Shown in pieces: positions 26,788-39,319 of a stretch of 64,000 nucleotides of DNA. The position numbers and the translations under genes were made by a program. Each line of letters starts with the position of its first letter. Positions within the stretch are counted from its first letter, which is position 1. This DNA comes from Prorocentrum cordatum (Eukaryota): assembly GCA_963575745.1 (NCBI GenBank), contig CAUYUJ010000113.1, forward strand, positions 1 through 64,000, given 5' to 3'. The notes under the pieces are model-generated. The model saw nothing but the letters and a program-made list of their open reading frames with translations. It was not told the origin of the DNA and did no database searches.

Positions 26788-26794
26788 GGAGCTT

Positions 26795-27130
26795 CCCCTC
26801 GGTTGGACGAAGGCCAGCAATAAGTTGTGCGAGGCCTGCATAATGCCCCGCAGAATACACCTCCGCATAGGTACATTCGCATAATGTGTTGTCCGTCGCA
26901 TGTGCTGAGTGGCAGATGCGTAGCGGCGATGATAAAATCTTCAACTCTGGACGTGCTTCTCTTGGTGGTCTACTTCCCTTGCCGACCGAACGGGCGCCCA
27001 GGAGCAGCTGAACACCAACAAAAACATTCCAGCCACCATCGCATGGCCTCTCAGGCCACTATATTGGGCTCGGCGCACAAACTCTGCATCTGTGCTCGGA
27101 TGCGACAGGCCCTTCCGCGACTGCGCTTCT
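26795..27130 (+). pseudogene. Fragment of a LINE APE-type endonuclease
   Basis: GWTKASNKLCEAC, then LSGRCVAAMIKSSTLDVLLLVVYFP (EEP-type GR...xxxxYxP strands). Confidence 0.45.
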
Positions 27131-29474
27131 AGCGTTCCTCGTGCAACCAGCCGTTGCTGATGCGGGCTCCCAAACGGCGCGGTGACCACACCGTGTGGTG
27201 AGCCAACAGGGGTTAGGGGCGACCGCAAGGCTTTTGGACGTTTCAGGCGGTTGCGGCCGCCGAGGTCCCAGAACCGTGTGGTGACGGACTGTGCGCTGAA
27301 GTTTCCGGAGATTCCGAGGCCGTCGCATTGTCCGTAACCGCACTGCTTGGGGGCCTTTTCCTCGGGGCCGCAATGGCGTTCCTTTCCTTACTGTACTCGG
27401 CTTCCCTCGTGGTCGTAGCCAACTTTTCCGGCGCAGCATTTACCAGCGTGTCATTGCAACGGCAGGATACGTATGCGGAGTTCGTCTGGAAGGCGACAGC
27501 GACCCGTTCGTACCCCAGGATTTGGCATCGAAGGTAAGTGGTAACGTGTATACCCGAAGTGATCTATGGTCGGGAACTTCTGGATGGCGTGTCGCTCCGC
27601 CGGTTCCGGCCCACCACGCTTCGGCGCGACACGCTGTCCTTTTCCAGGTCCCCAAGCATCACAGTCTCGAGCTTTCCCTCGAGCTTTCCTGAGCCTCCTG
27701 CCCCGCGGAGAGGAGCGACACGCTATCCGCTTTGGAGGCATAGCGTTCCCGGGGCGACACGCTATCCCAAAGTTCCCGACCGCAAATGGTAAAATATACG
27801 CCCGAAGTGATCTGGACCGCGCGCCGCCCGCGGAAGGCCCCACCCCGCCGCAGTCGCCAGCCGCCCGCGGCGCTGGCGCGGCGCCCGCCAGAGTGCCCCA
27901 GGACCGCGGGCTCCTCCGGGGGGCATCGGAGCGGCTCGAGGTATACAGCAAGCTCTCGTCGTGCCAACCGGCGGCGACCCCGCCGCCGGCGTTCAACGTT
28001 GAACGCCGCCAGCGACCCAGAATCGGTCGAAGTTGAAAGATCTGACCTTTCGGAAGCGGCTGATCGTTCAAGGTTGAACGATCCCCGCGGTGTGAAAAAC
28101 CAACGCCTGGGTCGACACGACACGACCCCGCCGTACACCACGTCGATTGGTCGGCCAGGGAGCCCAGGAACTCGGCGAAGGAATTCGGTGTACAGACGCT
28201 CCAGCGTCCCATGGGTTAGAGAGCTGTGGCGTCGATTCCGAGGCGGGGATTTCTCCATGACCCCTGCCTGGGGGATCGAGCTTCGGGGGCCTCAGCTGGC
28301 AATGGGTACGGAAGTATATTCGGGCCCTGGGGGCGGGGGTAAACATATCCATATCCACCGCCCGCCGAGTTCCCTGAAGATCGATCCCCCAGGCGGCAGT
28401 TATGGATGAATCCCCGCCTCGCATCTATACACCGAGCTCCTTGGCCGACCAAACGACGTGGTGTATACATCGAGTCTCTCCCGGGGCAGCGGGGAGCCTC
28501 GGCCTCGGCTCGCCAACGAGTGAATGGTCTCGAGGGCGGCTCCCCAGAGTCCAGGGACCACTTGGGGGCTGGCCGAGATTCCGATCGACTCCGTGCCGAT
28601 GTGTGCGCAAGTTTCGATTCGATCCGATGCGTTCCGATCCGACGCGCGTTCCGATTCGACAGGGTGCCCCGATTCGATCGCAACGCTTGCGCCGTGCCTC
28701 GTGTCCTCACTGCATGATCTGATCATGTTCCAGAAACGCTCTGCCAGAACATGCTTTGTCCCTGCCGCGTGGCCGATGCTACTGCTAACGCGCGGGGCAT
28801 TCCCGCAGCATACATACGGTTTGGCCGCAGCACGGCGTTAAAACTGTTGAAGGAATTTCGGGACACTTTCGACCCCGACTCGGTGGCGAATTATAGCGGG
28901 AGGTCTGGACCAGAGTCTTACCGAAACAAGTTGTTGATAGCGGGAGGATTGGACCAACAGTTTACCGAACATAGTTGTTGAAAATACAGTCGGTATGTGC
29001 AGAGTCACGCTACATTCTGCCTCACACACCGTGCAGCGCAATGCCATGTAACACTATGCCTCACGTGCCTCATTGCTTCGTCTGTCCACAGCTCCGCTCA
29101 GTTGGTTGGCGATCGAGTGGGCGAGCTGGTCGGCGATGGTCGGCGCGGGGGTCGGCGAGCCTGTCGGTGAGGGAGACGGTGAGTTGGCCGGCGCAGGAGT
29201 TCAGTGTGACACGGAATGCCCCCTCGAGCCTGTCACGGAATACCCCCTCGGGCTTGTCACGGTTTCCACCTTCGGGCTTGCCCCGCCTTCGAGTTGGTCG
29301 TCGCTGGAGTGGTGGGCGAGCTGGTCGGCGAGCTGGAGGCGGGAGTAGGAAGTCGGATGCTGGAGGTCGGAGTGCCGAGCCGGTGGATGTTGGTTGTCGA
29401 CTGTCGTCGGCCCGCGGGTCGGCGAGTTGGTCGGCGCGGGAGTCAGTGAGCTGGTCGGCGCGAGGGTCGGTGAG

Positions 29475-29574
29475 NNNNNNNNNNNNNNNNNNNNNNNNNN
29501 NNNNNNNNNNNNNNNNNNNNNNNNNNNNNNNNNNNNNNNNNNNNNNNNNNNNNNNNNNNNNNNNNNNNNNNNNN
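29475..29574. other. Assembly gap (100 N)
   Basis: Run of n. Confidence 1.
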
Positions 29575-31255
29575 GGGGGCGTGGGGAGGTTCTGGGCCAG
29601 AATTTGTCGAGTGGGGGGCTCCAAGAACAGATTTCTCTCGGGGTGAGAATGCCAGACCAGGAAGGGGCCAGGTGGGGGGCGTGGGTAGGTTCTGGGTCAG
29701 AATCTGTCGAGTGAGGGGTCACAAGAACAGAGTTCTCTCGGGGTGAGAATTCCAGATCAGGAAGGGGCCAGGTGAAGGGCGTGGGTAGGTTATGGGCCAG
29801 AATTTGTCGAGTGGGGGAGTCCCAAGAACAGAGTTCTCTCGGGATGAGAATGCCAGGCCAGGAAGAGACCAGGTGAGGGCGTGGGTAGGTTCTGGGCCAG
29901 AATTTGTCGAGTAGGGGGTCCCAAGAACAGAGTTCCCAGGTGGCGGGCGTGGGTAGGGTCTGGCCAGAATTTGTCGAGTGGGGGGTCCCAAGAGCAGAGT
30001 TCTCTCGGAGTGGGAATGCCAGACCAGGAAAGGGCCAGGTGGGGGGCGCGGGTAGGTTCTGGGCCAGAATTTGTCGAGTGGGGGGTCTCAAGAGCAGAGT
30101 TCTCTCGGGGTGAGACTGGCAGACCAGGGAGGGGCCAGGTGAGGGGCGTGTGCAGGTTCTGGGCCAGAATCTGTCGAGTGGGGGGTCACAAGAACAGAGT
30201 TCTCTCGGAGTGAAGGAACCAGGTGGGGGGCGTGGATAGGTTCTGGGCCTGAATTTGTCGAGTGGGGGGGCTGAAATACAGAGTTATCTCGGGGTGAGAA
30301 TGCCAGGCCAGGAAGGGGCCAGGTGGGGGGCGTGGGTAGGTTGAGGGCTAGGATTTGTCGAGTGGGGGGGTCCAAGAACCGAGTTCTCTCGGGGTGAGAA
30401 TGCCAGGCCAGGAAGGGGCCAGGTGGAGGGCGTGGGTAGGTTCTGGGCCAGAATTTGTCGAGGGGGAGGTCCCAAGAACAGAGTTCTCTCGGGGTGAGAA
30501 TGCCAGACCAGGAAGAGGCCAGGTGGGGGGGCGTGGGTAGGTTCAGGGCCAGGATTTGTCGAGTGGGGGGTCCCAAGAACGGAGTTCTCTCGGGGTGAGA
30601 ATGCTAGACCAGGAAGGAGCAAGGTGGGGAACGCGGGTAAGTTCCGGGCCAGAATTTGTCGAGTGGAGTGTCCCAAGAAAAGAGTGCTGTCGGGGTGAGA
30701 ATGCCAGACCAGGAAGGGGCCAGGTGGGGAGCGCGGGTAGGTTCTGGGCCAGAATTTGTCGAGTGGGGGGCTCCAAGAACAGAGTTCCCCCGGGGTGCGA
30801 ATGGCAGACCAGGGAGGGGCCAGGTGAGGGGCGTGGGTAGGCTCTGGGCCAGAATCTGTCGAGTGTGGGGTCACAAGAACAGAGTTCTCTCGGAGTGAAG
30901 GAACCAGGTAGGGAGCGTGGATAGGTTCTGGGCCAGAATTTGTCGAGTGGGGGGTCTCAAATACAGAGTTATCTCGGGGAGAGAATGCCAGTCCAGGAAG
31001 GGGCCAGGTGGGGGGCGTGGGTAGGTTGAGGGCTAGGATTTGTCGAGTGGGGGGTCCCAAGAACCGAGTTCTCTCGGAGTGAGAATGCCAGGCCAGGAAG
31101 GGGCCAGGTGGGGAGCGTGGGTAGGTTCTGAGCCAGAATTCGTCGAGTGGGGGGTCGCAAGAACAGAGTTCTCTGGGGGTGAGAATGCCAGGCCAGGAAG
31201 GAGCCAGGTGGGGAGCGTGGGTAGGTTCTGGGCTAGAACTTGTCGAGTGGGGGGT
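29575..31255 (+). repeat. 100-bp tandem satellite (about 17 copies)
   Basis: GTGGG(G/T)AGGTTxTGGGCCAGAATTTGTCGAGTGG at 29581, 29681, 29781, 29881 and onward, with a few shortened units. Confidence 0.95.
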
Positions 31256-31261
31256 GGGTGG

Positions 31262-31742
31262 TGGTCCCGGCGAGGGTCAGGGTTGGTCGGGGTCCCGGCG
31301 AGGATTTTGCTGAGTGGGAGGTTCTTCAAACCCACGAGAACCCTGGGCCCAGGGGATTCACGAGGCTCGGAGGGGGTCTCGGCGACGGTCAGGCGGGGTG
31401 GAGGTCCGGCGAGGATTTTGCTGAGTGGAAGGTCCGTCAAACCCAGGAGAACCCTGTGCCCAGAAGACCCAGGAGGCTCGGTGGAGGTCCTGGCGAGGGT
31501 CAGGCGTGGTGGGGGTCCCGGCGAGGATTTTGCTGAGTGGGGGGTCTTTCAAAAAACCCACGAGAACCCTGTGCCCAGGGGGCCCACGAGGCTCGGTGGG
31601 GGTCCCGGCGAGGGTCAGGCGTGGTGGGGGTCCCGGCGAGGATTTTGCTGAGTGCGCACTCCGTCAAACCCACGAGACCCTGTGCCCTGGGGACCCAGGA
31701 GGCTCGGTGGGGGTCCCGGCGAGGGTCAGGCGCGGTGGGAGG
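31262..31742 (+). repeat. ~113-bp tandem repeat (about 4 copies)
   Basis: GGTCCCGGCGAGGATTTTGCTGAGTG near 31291, 31403, 31514 and 31629. Confidence 0.9.
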
Positions 31743-32719
31743 CGTGGAGATCCCTGTCGCGTAGGAGTAGTCTGCGTGCACAAGCGAGGCCGCACACGCC
31801 TCTGGGGTCGGCGGATTTTTTCTCTTTCTTCGTGCTGCAGTTTTTGTCGAGATCGCCCGCACCGCAGGTGTGCGCGCCCAGCCGCGCCCGACCCTACATG
31901 GTAGGACCCCGGCCGGTTTTGTTGCGCCCCCCTTCAGATATGTAATATGTTTTGATGCTCTCCTCCTCCCCCCCGCGTCTTTCTTTCGCTTCTGCTCGCG
32001 TGGACTTTTCAGTGCGAGCGCCGCCTACCAAGGTCGGTCTACGCACGCGCGAGCCTCATTAAAGGTCCTTCCCGGGCTCTGCTCTCCTCCCGTTCCCTCA
32101 TTATCCCTCCTCCCCTACTCGCTCCTCCGGCCACCTCGCTGCGGCCCGATGTTGACTCGTTCCCTCATTTTGGCGTGGACCCTGCAGGGTAATCCACAGG
32201 TTCCGCCGCAGCTTGTTCAAGTTTGAGCGCTTCTCCTGCCCTGCCGATTTAGCTACCAAGGAGACGGCGGCAGGTTACTTGCGACCGGCTTTCCGGCATT
32301 CCTGGCGCAACGTCGTTCGGGAACATTGTCGATGGCCCCCCTCGCCGCTTTGCAGGTTGTGCCGGCCACGCGGCCAGAAACAAAAATAACCACACTCGTT
32401 TGGCGTATGCGGGGGCTGTGGTGCAAGCTGTCGTGACCAAAACCCTCACGGAAGAGGCGCCGTCGTGCCTGCTGTAGTGCTTGGCAGGTGTGTTGATGTT
32501 GAAAAAAAGACCAGGGCTGTTGCCTGTCTCCAAGGAGGCGGCTCGAGGGCCCGATGGCGCGAAGAGAATCACGCGTCGCGCATCGAAAGGCTCGATACGC
32601 GATGCGTGATGTCAGGTTCCGCGGGCGACTTATGTGCACCGCAGTGCGCTAGGAGGCCTTCTCAATCCTCGACCCGGGAATGGAGCGATGTGCAATCTTC
32701 CAGCCGTCAGAGCCGAACA

Positions 32720-32942
32720 ATTATTTCCCGTTCTCCTCCTCTTCCTCCTCCTCCTCCTCCTCTTCTTGCTCCTCTTCCTCCTCCTCCTCCTGTTCCTCCT
32801 CCGCCGCCATTTCCTCCTCTCACTGGTTCTAGTCATCATCCTCTCCCTGCTGCTCCTCCTGCTCCTCCTGTTTCTCCTGCTCCTCCTGCTCCTACTCGTC
32901 CTCCTCCTCCTCCCCCAGCTCCTCCTCCTCCTCCTGCTTCTT
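32720..32942. repeat. (CCT)n-rich tract
   Basis: Directly visible. Confidence 0.9.
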
Positions 32943-33605
32943 CCGTAGCCATGTTGACTCAAGTCCGGAGCAAGGAGGCTCAGTGAAGTTGGGCGTGGCA
33001 AGGGGGAGGCGCGCCCCCACCTGCGAACCCTGAGCCCTGCGTTCAGGAACCCATACCTCACAGCTCCCTCGTGGGGCCCGTGTATTGTACTTTCTGGTGC
33101 CAACGGGCACGACGACGTTTCGGGCGAGCTCCTGCTGGAGCCCATGGGCAAGGCCGCGCAAGCCGCACATTATCTACCGTGCTCTGCGTGACGATACAGG
33201 TAGCACTGGAAGTCGAAGACCTTTTGCTTTCAGTGTGGCTCGACGCTGGGGCCCATGGAGTTGCCGTGGCGCGACACTGCCAAAGGCGCCTGGGCTGCAC
33301 AATCGTTGTGGAAATCGATTATTGGAGAGGAAGCATGCTGCCAAATAGTTTCCAGATGTCTAAATCGTGGTTCGACCATGTTTTAAACATGTCAAAACAT
33401 GTTTGGGACATTTTAGAACATATGTTTAAACATTTTTAACACATGTTGAACTAAATGATAGGATTGTTAGAGCGCCCATTGTCATGGCATCCACAACGCA
33501 ATCGTTGGGGTCTCCGCCCAGCCAGGTGCCGCCCGCGTGTCCGCCTGGGCAGTGGCAGTGGGCGCCGCCAAGCCCGAGGGCGGGGCCACGCAGTCGCCTG
33601 GCGAC

Positions 33606-34514
33606 ATGGACGCGGCGGTCCTCCTGGCGCAGTTGCGCTTGCGACTGGGGGGCGACGCGTCGGCCGAGCTGCAGGCGCTGGGGGGCGCCACCGCGCCGCC
33701 AGCCCAGCCTGCGAAGCCTGCGAGGGCGCCGCTATTGGAGGAGAAGTTTCCGGCGAACGGGGCGGCATGCAGCAGGGCTGAAACGCAGGTTGAGGCGTGT
33801 GTCGCGCGAGAAGATGCAGAGCGCAGCTACCTCGAGGAGCGCAGTGCAGCCACAGCCGAGGCCGCCGTCGCGGCGTACGATGCCAAGCTCGAGTGTCAGG
33901 AGGAGCCCAAGCCTGAGTTGCTCAAGGTGTAGCGGAAACGGTCGGCTGATGGTGCGGCAGCCCCCGTCGGATCCCAGATCAACCTTTCCCAGGTGCTCAA
34001 CGAGGAGGGCGAGATCGATGCATTCGATATAGTTGACGGGGAAACTTTGGATTTGTCTGACGCGGACGCCGAGGACGGCGAGAAGGCGAGGTGGCTTGAG
34101 CTCAAAGCCACGATGGGCAAGCCGATTCAGGAGGCCATCGCGGCCGCAATCGGGCTCAGCGCGGCGAACATCCACAAGTCACGGCAGGAGGCGCGGGCGA
34201 TGCGAGCGCGGTTTTCTTTCAGGCGCCATCGCCGAGACGTCGAGGAAGAGAGCTCCCAGCCGGGCGGAGGCGCAGGAGCTTCAGCGCAGCCGGCAGCTCG
34301 GGCGCCCGCCAGCCAGGCAGGCGGTCAGCCAGCGGGCAGCGGGGCTGCTGCGGCCTCCCCTCCTGCTGGTCCCGCTGCAGATGGCGCCGCTGCAGGTGGA
34401 GGCCCAGGTGCGGCAGCCGTAGCAGCGCCCACTGCCCAGCGCGACCAGAAAGCCACCGACGGGATGATCCAGGTCGCCAGGGAAAGTGCATCGGCGAAGC
34501 AGTCCAGCGTCTGA
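33606..34514 (+). pseudogene. Probable LINE ORF1 (coiled-coil, Ala-rich) with one in-frame stop
   Basis: ORFs 33537..33932 and 33993..34514 share a frame across a single TAG. The sequence has high GC3 and helical composition and lies upstream of endonuclease and RT remnants. Confidence 0.55.
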
Positions 34515-35036
34515 TGGGGATGGGCCGATGGGGCTTCCGCCGCCTGACGCGCTGCCGCCGCCGCCGCCCAACCCTGCCAGGGAGCGCGGGTTTTTGTTGG
34601 CCATGATGGCGGGCAGGAGTTCGCGGTGGATATGGAACCCGGGAGGCTTGGCGGACGTGGGCTTCCCTTCGTGGAAGGACTGGCGCGGGGTCTGGTTGAT
34701 GGCGGTTTGTAGCAGCCCACGCAATTCTCGGCCTCGAGATAACTTCGCTCAGCTATACAATCCTTTGCGCAGGGGCGGCTCTGGAGGACCCATGAGCGAT
34801 GCAGTGCGTGAGGCCTGCGCTGAAGCACGGGGACGGGGTCGCGGGGGTCGCCATGCCCTCCTGCTGCGCGCGCTCCCTCTCGCCGCCGAGGTGCGGGGGC
34901 AGTTCGCTGGGCGCCTTTGGTCGCAGCTGCGGCAGGTCACCAGCATGTTTCGGGCTCTGCTGGATCGGGGCCGCACGTGGAGACCTCAGGTTTTTGACGA
35001 GAAGCTGCAGGCGCGCCGATGCACGGCGCCGTTTTC

Positions 35037-36348
35037 GGGGCGCTCAGCCATCCCGCTGGGGCCCGCGAGCTTGGGGCCAGGGCAGATCCCGAAGGGGGAG
35101 TGCAGCGGGCTTGCGTGGACGGCCGCGCGCGCGCGGGTGGTCGACGCCCGCCCCCTTGCCCAGCCATTGTTCTGGGCCTCTCGCGAGAGGGTGGCCGATG
35201 CCCCAGTCCAGAGGCACCTCCCCTACTGAGGCTGGCTGGAGCTGGTCATGGCGGCGGGGCGAGAGGCTGCAGGCACGCCGATGCACCGCGCGCGTTTCGG
35301 GGCGCGCAGCCATCCCGCGGGGGCCCTCGAGCCGAGAGCCAGGGCAGATCCCGAAGGCGGAGTGCAGAGGGCATGGGTGGGCGGCCGCAGACGCGCGGGC
35401 GGTCGATGTCCGCCCCCGTGCCCGGCCGCTGGGCCGGGCCTCCCGCGAGAGGGCGGCCGATGCCCCAGTCCAGAGCGGCACCTCCCTTGCTGAGCCTGGC
35501 AGGAGTAGGGCTTCATCAAGGTGGCGTGCTACATCGTCGGGCTTCGTTTTTGCGGGCGCTGCTGAGACGCGCGGAGGCGCGGGCGCCGCGGGTCGATCCG
35601 CGCGGGAGATCGGCCCAACCACGCGCGAACCGCGGATCCCAAGGCGGCCCTCGCCGAATCCCCACGCCGCCATGGGGCAGGAGGTTGCAGGCTTTAGATC
35701 GCAAGTCCCGGCCTCCAGGTGCACCCGAGGGGTGAACGGCGCGAGGGGCTGTGCTCAGTCGCCCGCTGTTTTGCCAGGACCTGCCCCCAGGTGCACCCGC
35801 GAGTTAAACGGCGAGAGGGGCAGGGCGGCGTCGCCGAAGGCTACGGAGGCTGGCAATGCCGCGGTTGGAGCGCTGGGGGATCTGTCTGCTGCGGCGCCCG
35901 CGGGCCCTCCGAGCGCCGCGGGCCCCTGGGCCGCCGTCGGCGCGAGGCCGGGGGGTCGCGCCGTTGCGGGGGGGGCAGCGTGGGCGGGCCTGCAGTTGAC
36001 AGGAGGGTCGGCGCGTTGGCCTGAGCGGGGCGGGGAGCAGCTCTGGGGGCGCCCTGCAGCCCCGCCCCCGAGCCGGGGGCAGCCGCGCGACCGCCCCACG
36101 CCGCAGCGCCAGGCCCAGGCGACGGAACCGACCAGCTCACAGTCTGCATTGCTTCTGGACGGAGAGACGGCGCTGCTTTCGGGGCGCCCAGCCATCCCGG
36201 GGGAGCCCTCGAGCTTCGTGCGAGGGCAGATCCCGAAGGGGGAGTGCAGCGGGCATGGGTGGGCGGCCGCAGACGCGCGGGCGGTCGATGTCCGCCCCCA
36301 TGCCCAGCCTTTGGGTCGGGCCTCTCGCGAGAGGGCGGCCGATGCCCC
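35037..36348 (+). repeat. Three copies of a 168-nt highly base-paired unit (35037-35204, 35299-35466, 36181-36348)
   Basis: Each copy starts GGGGCG.CAGCCATCCC, ends GGCCGATGCCCC, and has the same length. Confidence 0.9.
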
Positions 36349-36384
36349 ATTCCAGAGAGGCACCGCCCCTGCTGAGGCTGCTGG

Positions 36385-36830
36385 TTCGGATGCGTTTGCG
36401 CTCGTGACGTATAATCCGACCGCTTGGGCGACAGGCTTGAAGTTCTTCGGGTGGGCCAAAGAGGTGAAGGAACAAGTCTATGGCGAGGTTCTATTTCAAA
36501 AGCATCGGCTTCGTCCTCTTCTTCACCAGCTGGCCGCGCCTCGGTCATGGGCAACGGGGGCAGGTTGCGCATCGTCGTCTGGGGCCGCGGTCATCAATCA
36601 GATTTCGTTCATTTCAACGCTTGGCGCGCGCGACTCTGGGCTTGGCTGGGGCAAACATTGATTTCTGAGGCCGCGTCAGTGAGGTGACAGCGTCGGCAGG
36701 GATCCTTTTCGTCGGGGGCGACGGGGACATTTCTGCCGAGTCTCTGCGGCAGGACCAGTGAATAGACCACGAGGGGGCCTGCGTTGTGCGGCCTGCAGGG
36801 TCGACGTGCCATGTCAACTGCTACGTTTTT
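36385..36830 (+). pseudogene. N-terminal part of a LINE APE endonuclease
   Basis: ALVTYNPTAW...VLFQKHRL matches the TxN and QEH-type motifs; a degenerate strand ending VNCYVF follows. Confidence 0.6.
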
Positions 36831-36949
36831 AACTAACAGCGAAGACTGATAGGTTTCTAGTAGGGTCAACAGAGAGCACCTTGACTCCCCAGGGGGGTCC
36901 GGGCAGGATCCGGGGGGATGCCGGGGATATCGTTTTAAGCAAACAGTAA

Positions 36950-37312
36950 CGCACTTCGTGGTCTTCGAGTTCCCAGAATTCCGCTCTTGGGCATGATTTT
37001 GAATGCCCGGAGCCAAATGTAGGCCACTTCGTGTTCTTCGTGTTCCCAGAACACCACTCCCGGGCCACATTTTGAACGCCCGGACCTAATTGTAGGTCGC
37101 TTTGTGTTCTTCGTGCTCCCAGAACACCATTCCCGGGCCACATTTTGAATGCCCGGAGCCAACTGTAGGCCACTTCGTGTTCTTCGTGTTCCCAGAACAC
37201 TACTCCCGGGCCACATTTTGAATGCCCAGAGCCAACTGTAGGCCACTTCGTGTTCTTCGTGCTCCCAGAACACCACTCCCGGGCTACATTTTGATTGCCC
37301 GGAGCCAACTGT
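36950..37312 (+). repeat. 73-bp tandem repeat (5 copies)
   Basis: The CACTTCGTG(T/G)TCTTCG core occurs at 36952, 37025, 37098 (variant), 37171 and 37244. Confidence 0.95.
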
Positions 37313-38632
37313 GAGGCTGAGGCTGAGGCAGGCTGAGGCTGAGGCAGGCTGAGATTGAGCCTGAGGCAGGCTGAGGCTGAGGCTGAGGCTGATGCAGGCT
37401 GAGGCTGAAAGGCTGACGCTGAGGCTGAGGCAGGCTGAGGCTGAGGCTGCGGCCGAGGCAGGCTGAGGCTGAGGGTGAGGCAAGCCGAGGCAGGCTGAGG
37501 CTGAGGCTGAGGCTGATGCAGGCTGAGGCTGAGGCTGTGGCTGTGGCTGAGGCTGAGGCAAGCTGCGGCTGAGGCAGGCTGAGGCTGAGGCTGATGAGGC
37601 TGATGCAGGCTGAGGCTGAGGCAGGCTGAGGCTGAGGCCGAGGCTGAAGGCAGACTGAGGCTGAGGCTGAAGCAGGCTGAGGCTGAGGCTGAGGCTGAGG
37701 CTGAGGCTGAGGCAGGCTGAGGCTGAGCTGAAGCTGGCTGAGGCTGAGGCTGAGGCAGGCTGAGGCTGAGGCTGAGGCTGAGGCTGGGCTGAGGCTGAGG
37801 CTGCAGGCAGGCTGCGGCTGAGGCTGAGGCAAGCCGAGGCTGAGGCTGAGGCCGAGGCAGGCTGAGGCTGAGGCCGAGGCAAGCCGAGGCTGGCTGAGGC
37901 TGAGGCCGAGGCAGAGGCAGGCTGAGCCTCAGGCTGTGGTTGAGGCTCTGAGGCTGAGGCTGAGGCAGGCTGAGGCTGAGGCAGGCTGAGGCTGAGGCTG
38001 AGGCAGGCTGAGACTGAGGCGAGGCAGGCTGAGGCTGAGGCTGCCTGAGGCAGGCTGAGGCTGAGGCTGAGGCCGAGGCAGGCTGAGGCTGAGGCCGAGG
38101 CAAGCCCAGGCAAGCCCAGGCAGGCTGAGGCTGAGGCTGAAGCTGAGGCAGGCTGAGGCTGAGGCTGTGGCTGAGGCTGAGGCAAGCTGCGGCTGAGGCA
38201 GGCTGAGGCTGAGGCTGATGCAGGCTGAGGCTGAGGCAGGCTGAGGCTGAGGCTGAGGCAAGTTGCGGCTGAGGCTGAGGCTGAGGCAGGCTGAGGCTGA
38301 GGCTGATGCAGGCTGAGGCTGAGAGGCTGACACTGAGGCCGAGGCAGGCTGAGGCTGAGGCTGAGGCAGGCTGAGGCTGAGGCTGAGGCCGAGGCAGGCT
38401 GAGGCTGAGGCCGAGGCAAGCCGAGGCAGGCTGAGGCTGAGGCTGAAGCTGAGGCAGGTCGAGGCTGAGGCTGTGGCTGAGGCTGAGGCAAGTTGCGGCT
38501 GAGGCAGGCTGAGGCTGAGGCTGATGCAGGCTGAGGCTGAGGCAGGCTGAGGCTGCGGCTGAGGCAGGCTGAGGCTGAGGCCGAGGCAGGCTGAGGCTGA
38601 GGCCGAGGCAAGCCGAGGCAGGCTGAGGCTGT
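37313..38632. repeat. (GAGGCT)n/(GAGGCAGGCT) compound microsatellite
   Basis: Directly visible, about 1.3 kb. Confidence 0.97.
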
Positions 38633-39319
38633 GACTGCGAGAACAGCAGAATTCTACAATTGGATTCTCACCTAAATCTTAAGGGGGATGCTTCCAGAGA
38701 TGCTTCTACACATCGCTGTTGGGTTGCTTTGCCGGGATAATGTGTTTGCGCCCTGCATGCGCGTGTCGTTTCTCTTCCGCAGCTGCGACGGGCTCGTCGA
38801 CGCGCCCGCGGGCCCACGTTGCGCAGTGGTTCTGGCGCCCCATCACCTGGCTGGCCGGGCCAAGGCGTGGAAGCGAGTGGTGCCTCGAGCGCTTCCGCTG
38901 CCCAGGTCCTAGGAGGAGAGTGGAGTCATGGCTTCCTCTTGCTCCTGAAAGGGCCCTGATTTTTCGGGCGCGGGTCGCTGGGAGGCGGTGCCCAGGTGGT
39001 TCGATGCTGCCAATCGCGCACTTTGCGAGGCCCACGACATCCAGGACCCCAAGTGCTTGGGCAGGACCAGGGGTCGCCAGTTGCAGCTTGTGCCGCTCTG
39101 AGCTGTCCGGGGCCAAGTGCTAAATCTGCGCTCGAACGCACGCGCTCCGAGGCTGCGTTCGCTCCGCCGCCAAGCCACCCAGGGGAAGAGTTGCATCCGT
39201 GTAGCGGGCAGTCGGGGGCTCGCTCGATCCAGTCTCAACGCGCCTGTGCTGGAACGAATTCAGCCCGCGCTAGCTGCTCCAGCTGCCCCTGCCGCTGGTC
39301 GAGGCGTTGACTGAGACCT

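Noticed and set aside
28751..28981. Short protein-like ORF (possible host exon)
   Set aside because: No recognisable motif and no supportable splice partners by eye.
29575..31742. CRISPR or coding repeats
   Set aside because: These are plain tandem satellites of 100 and about 113 bp with no spacers.
36829..38611. PQPQ/ASAS repeat proteins
   Set aside because: Translation of the (GAGGCT)n microsatellite.
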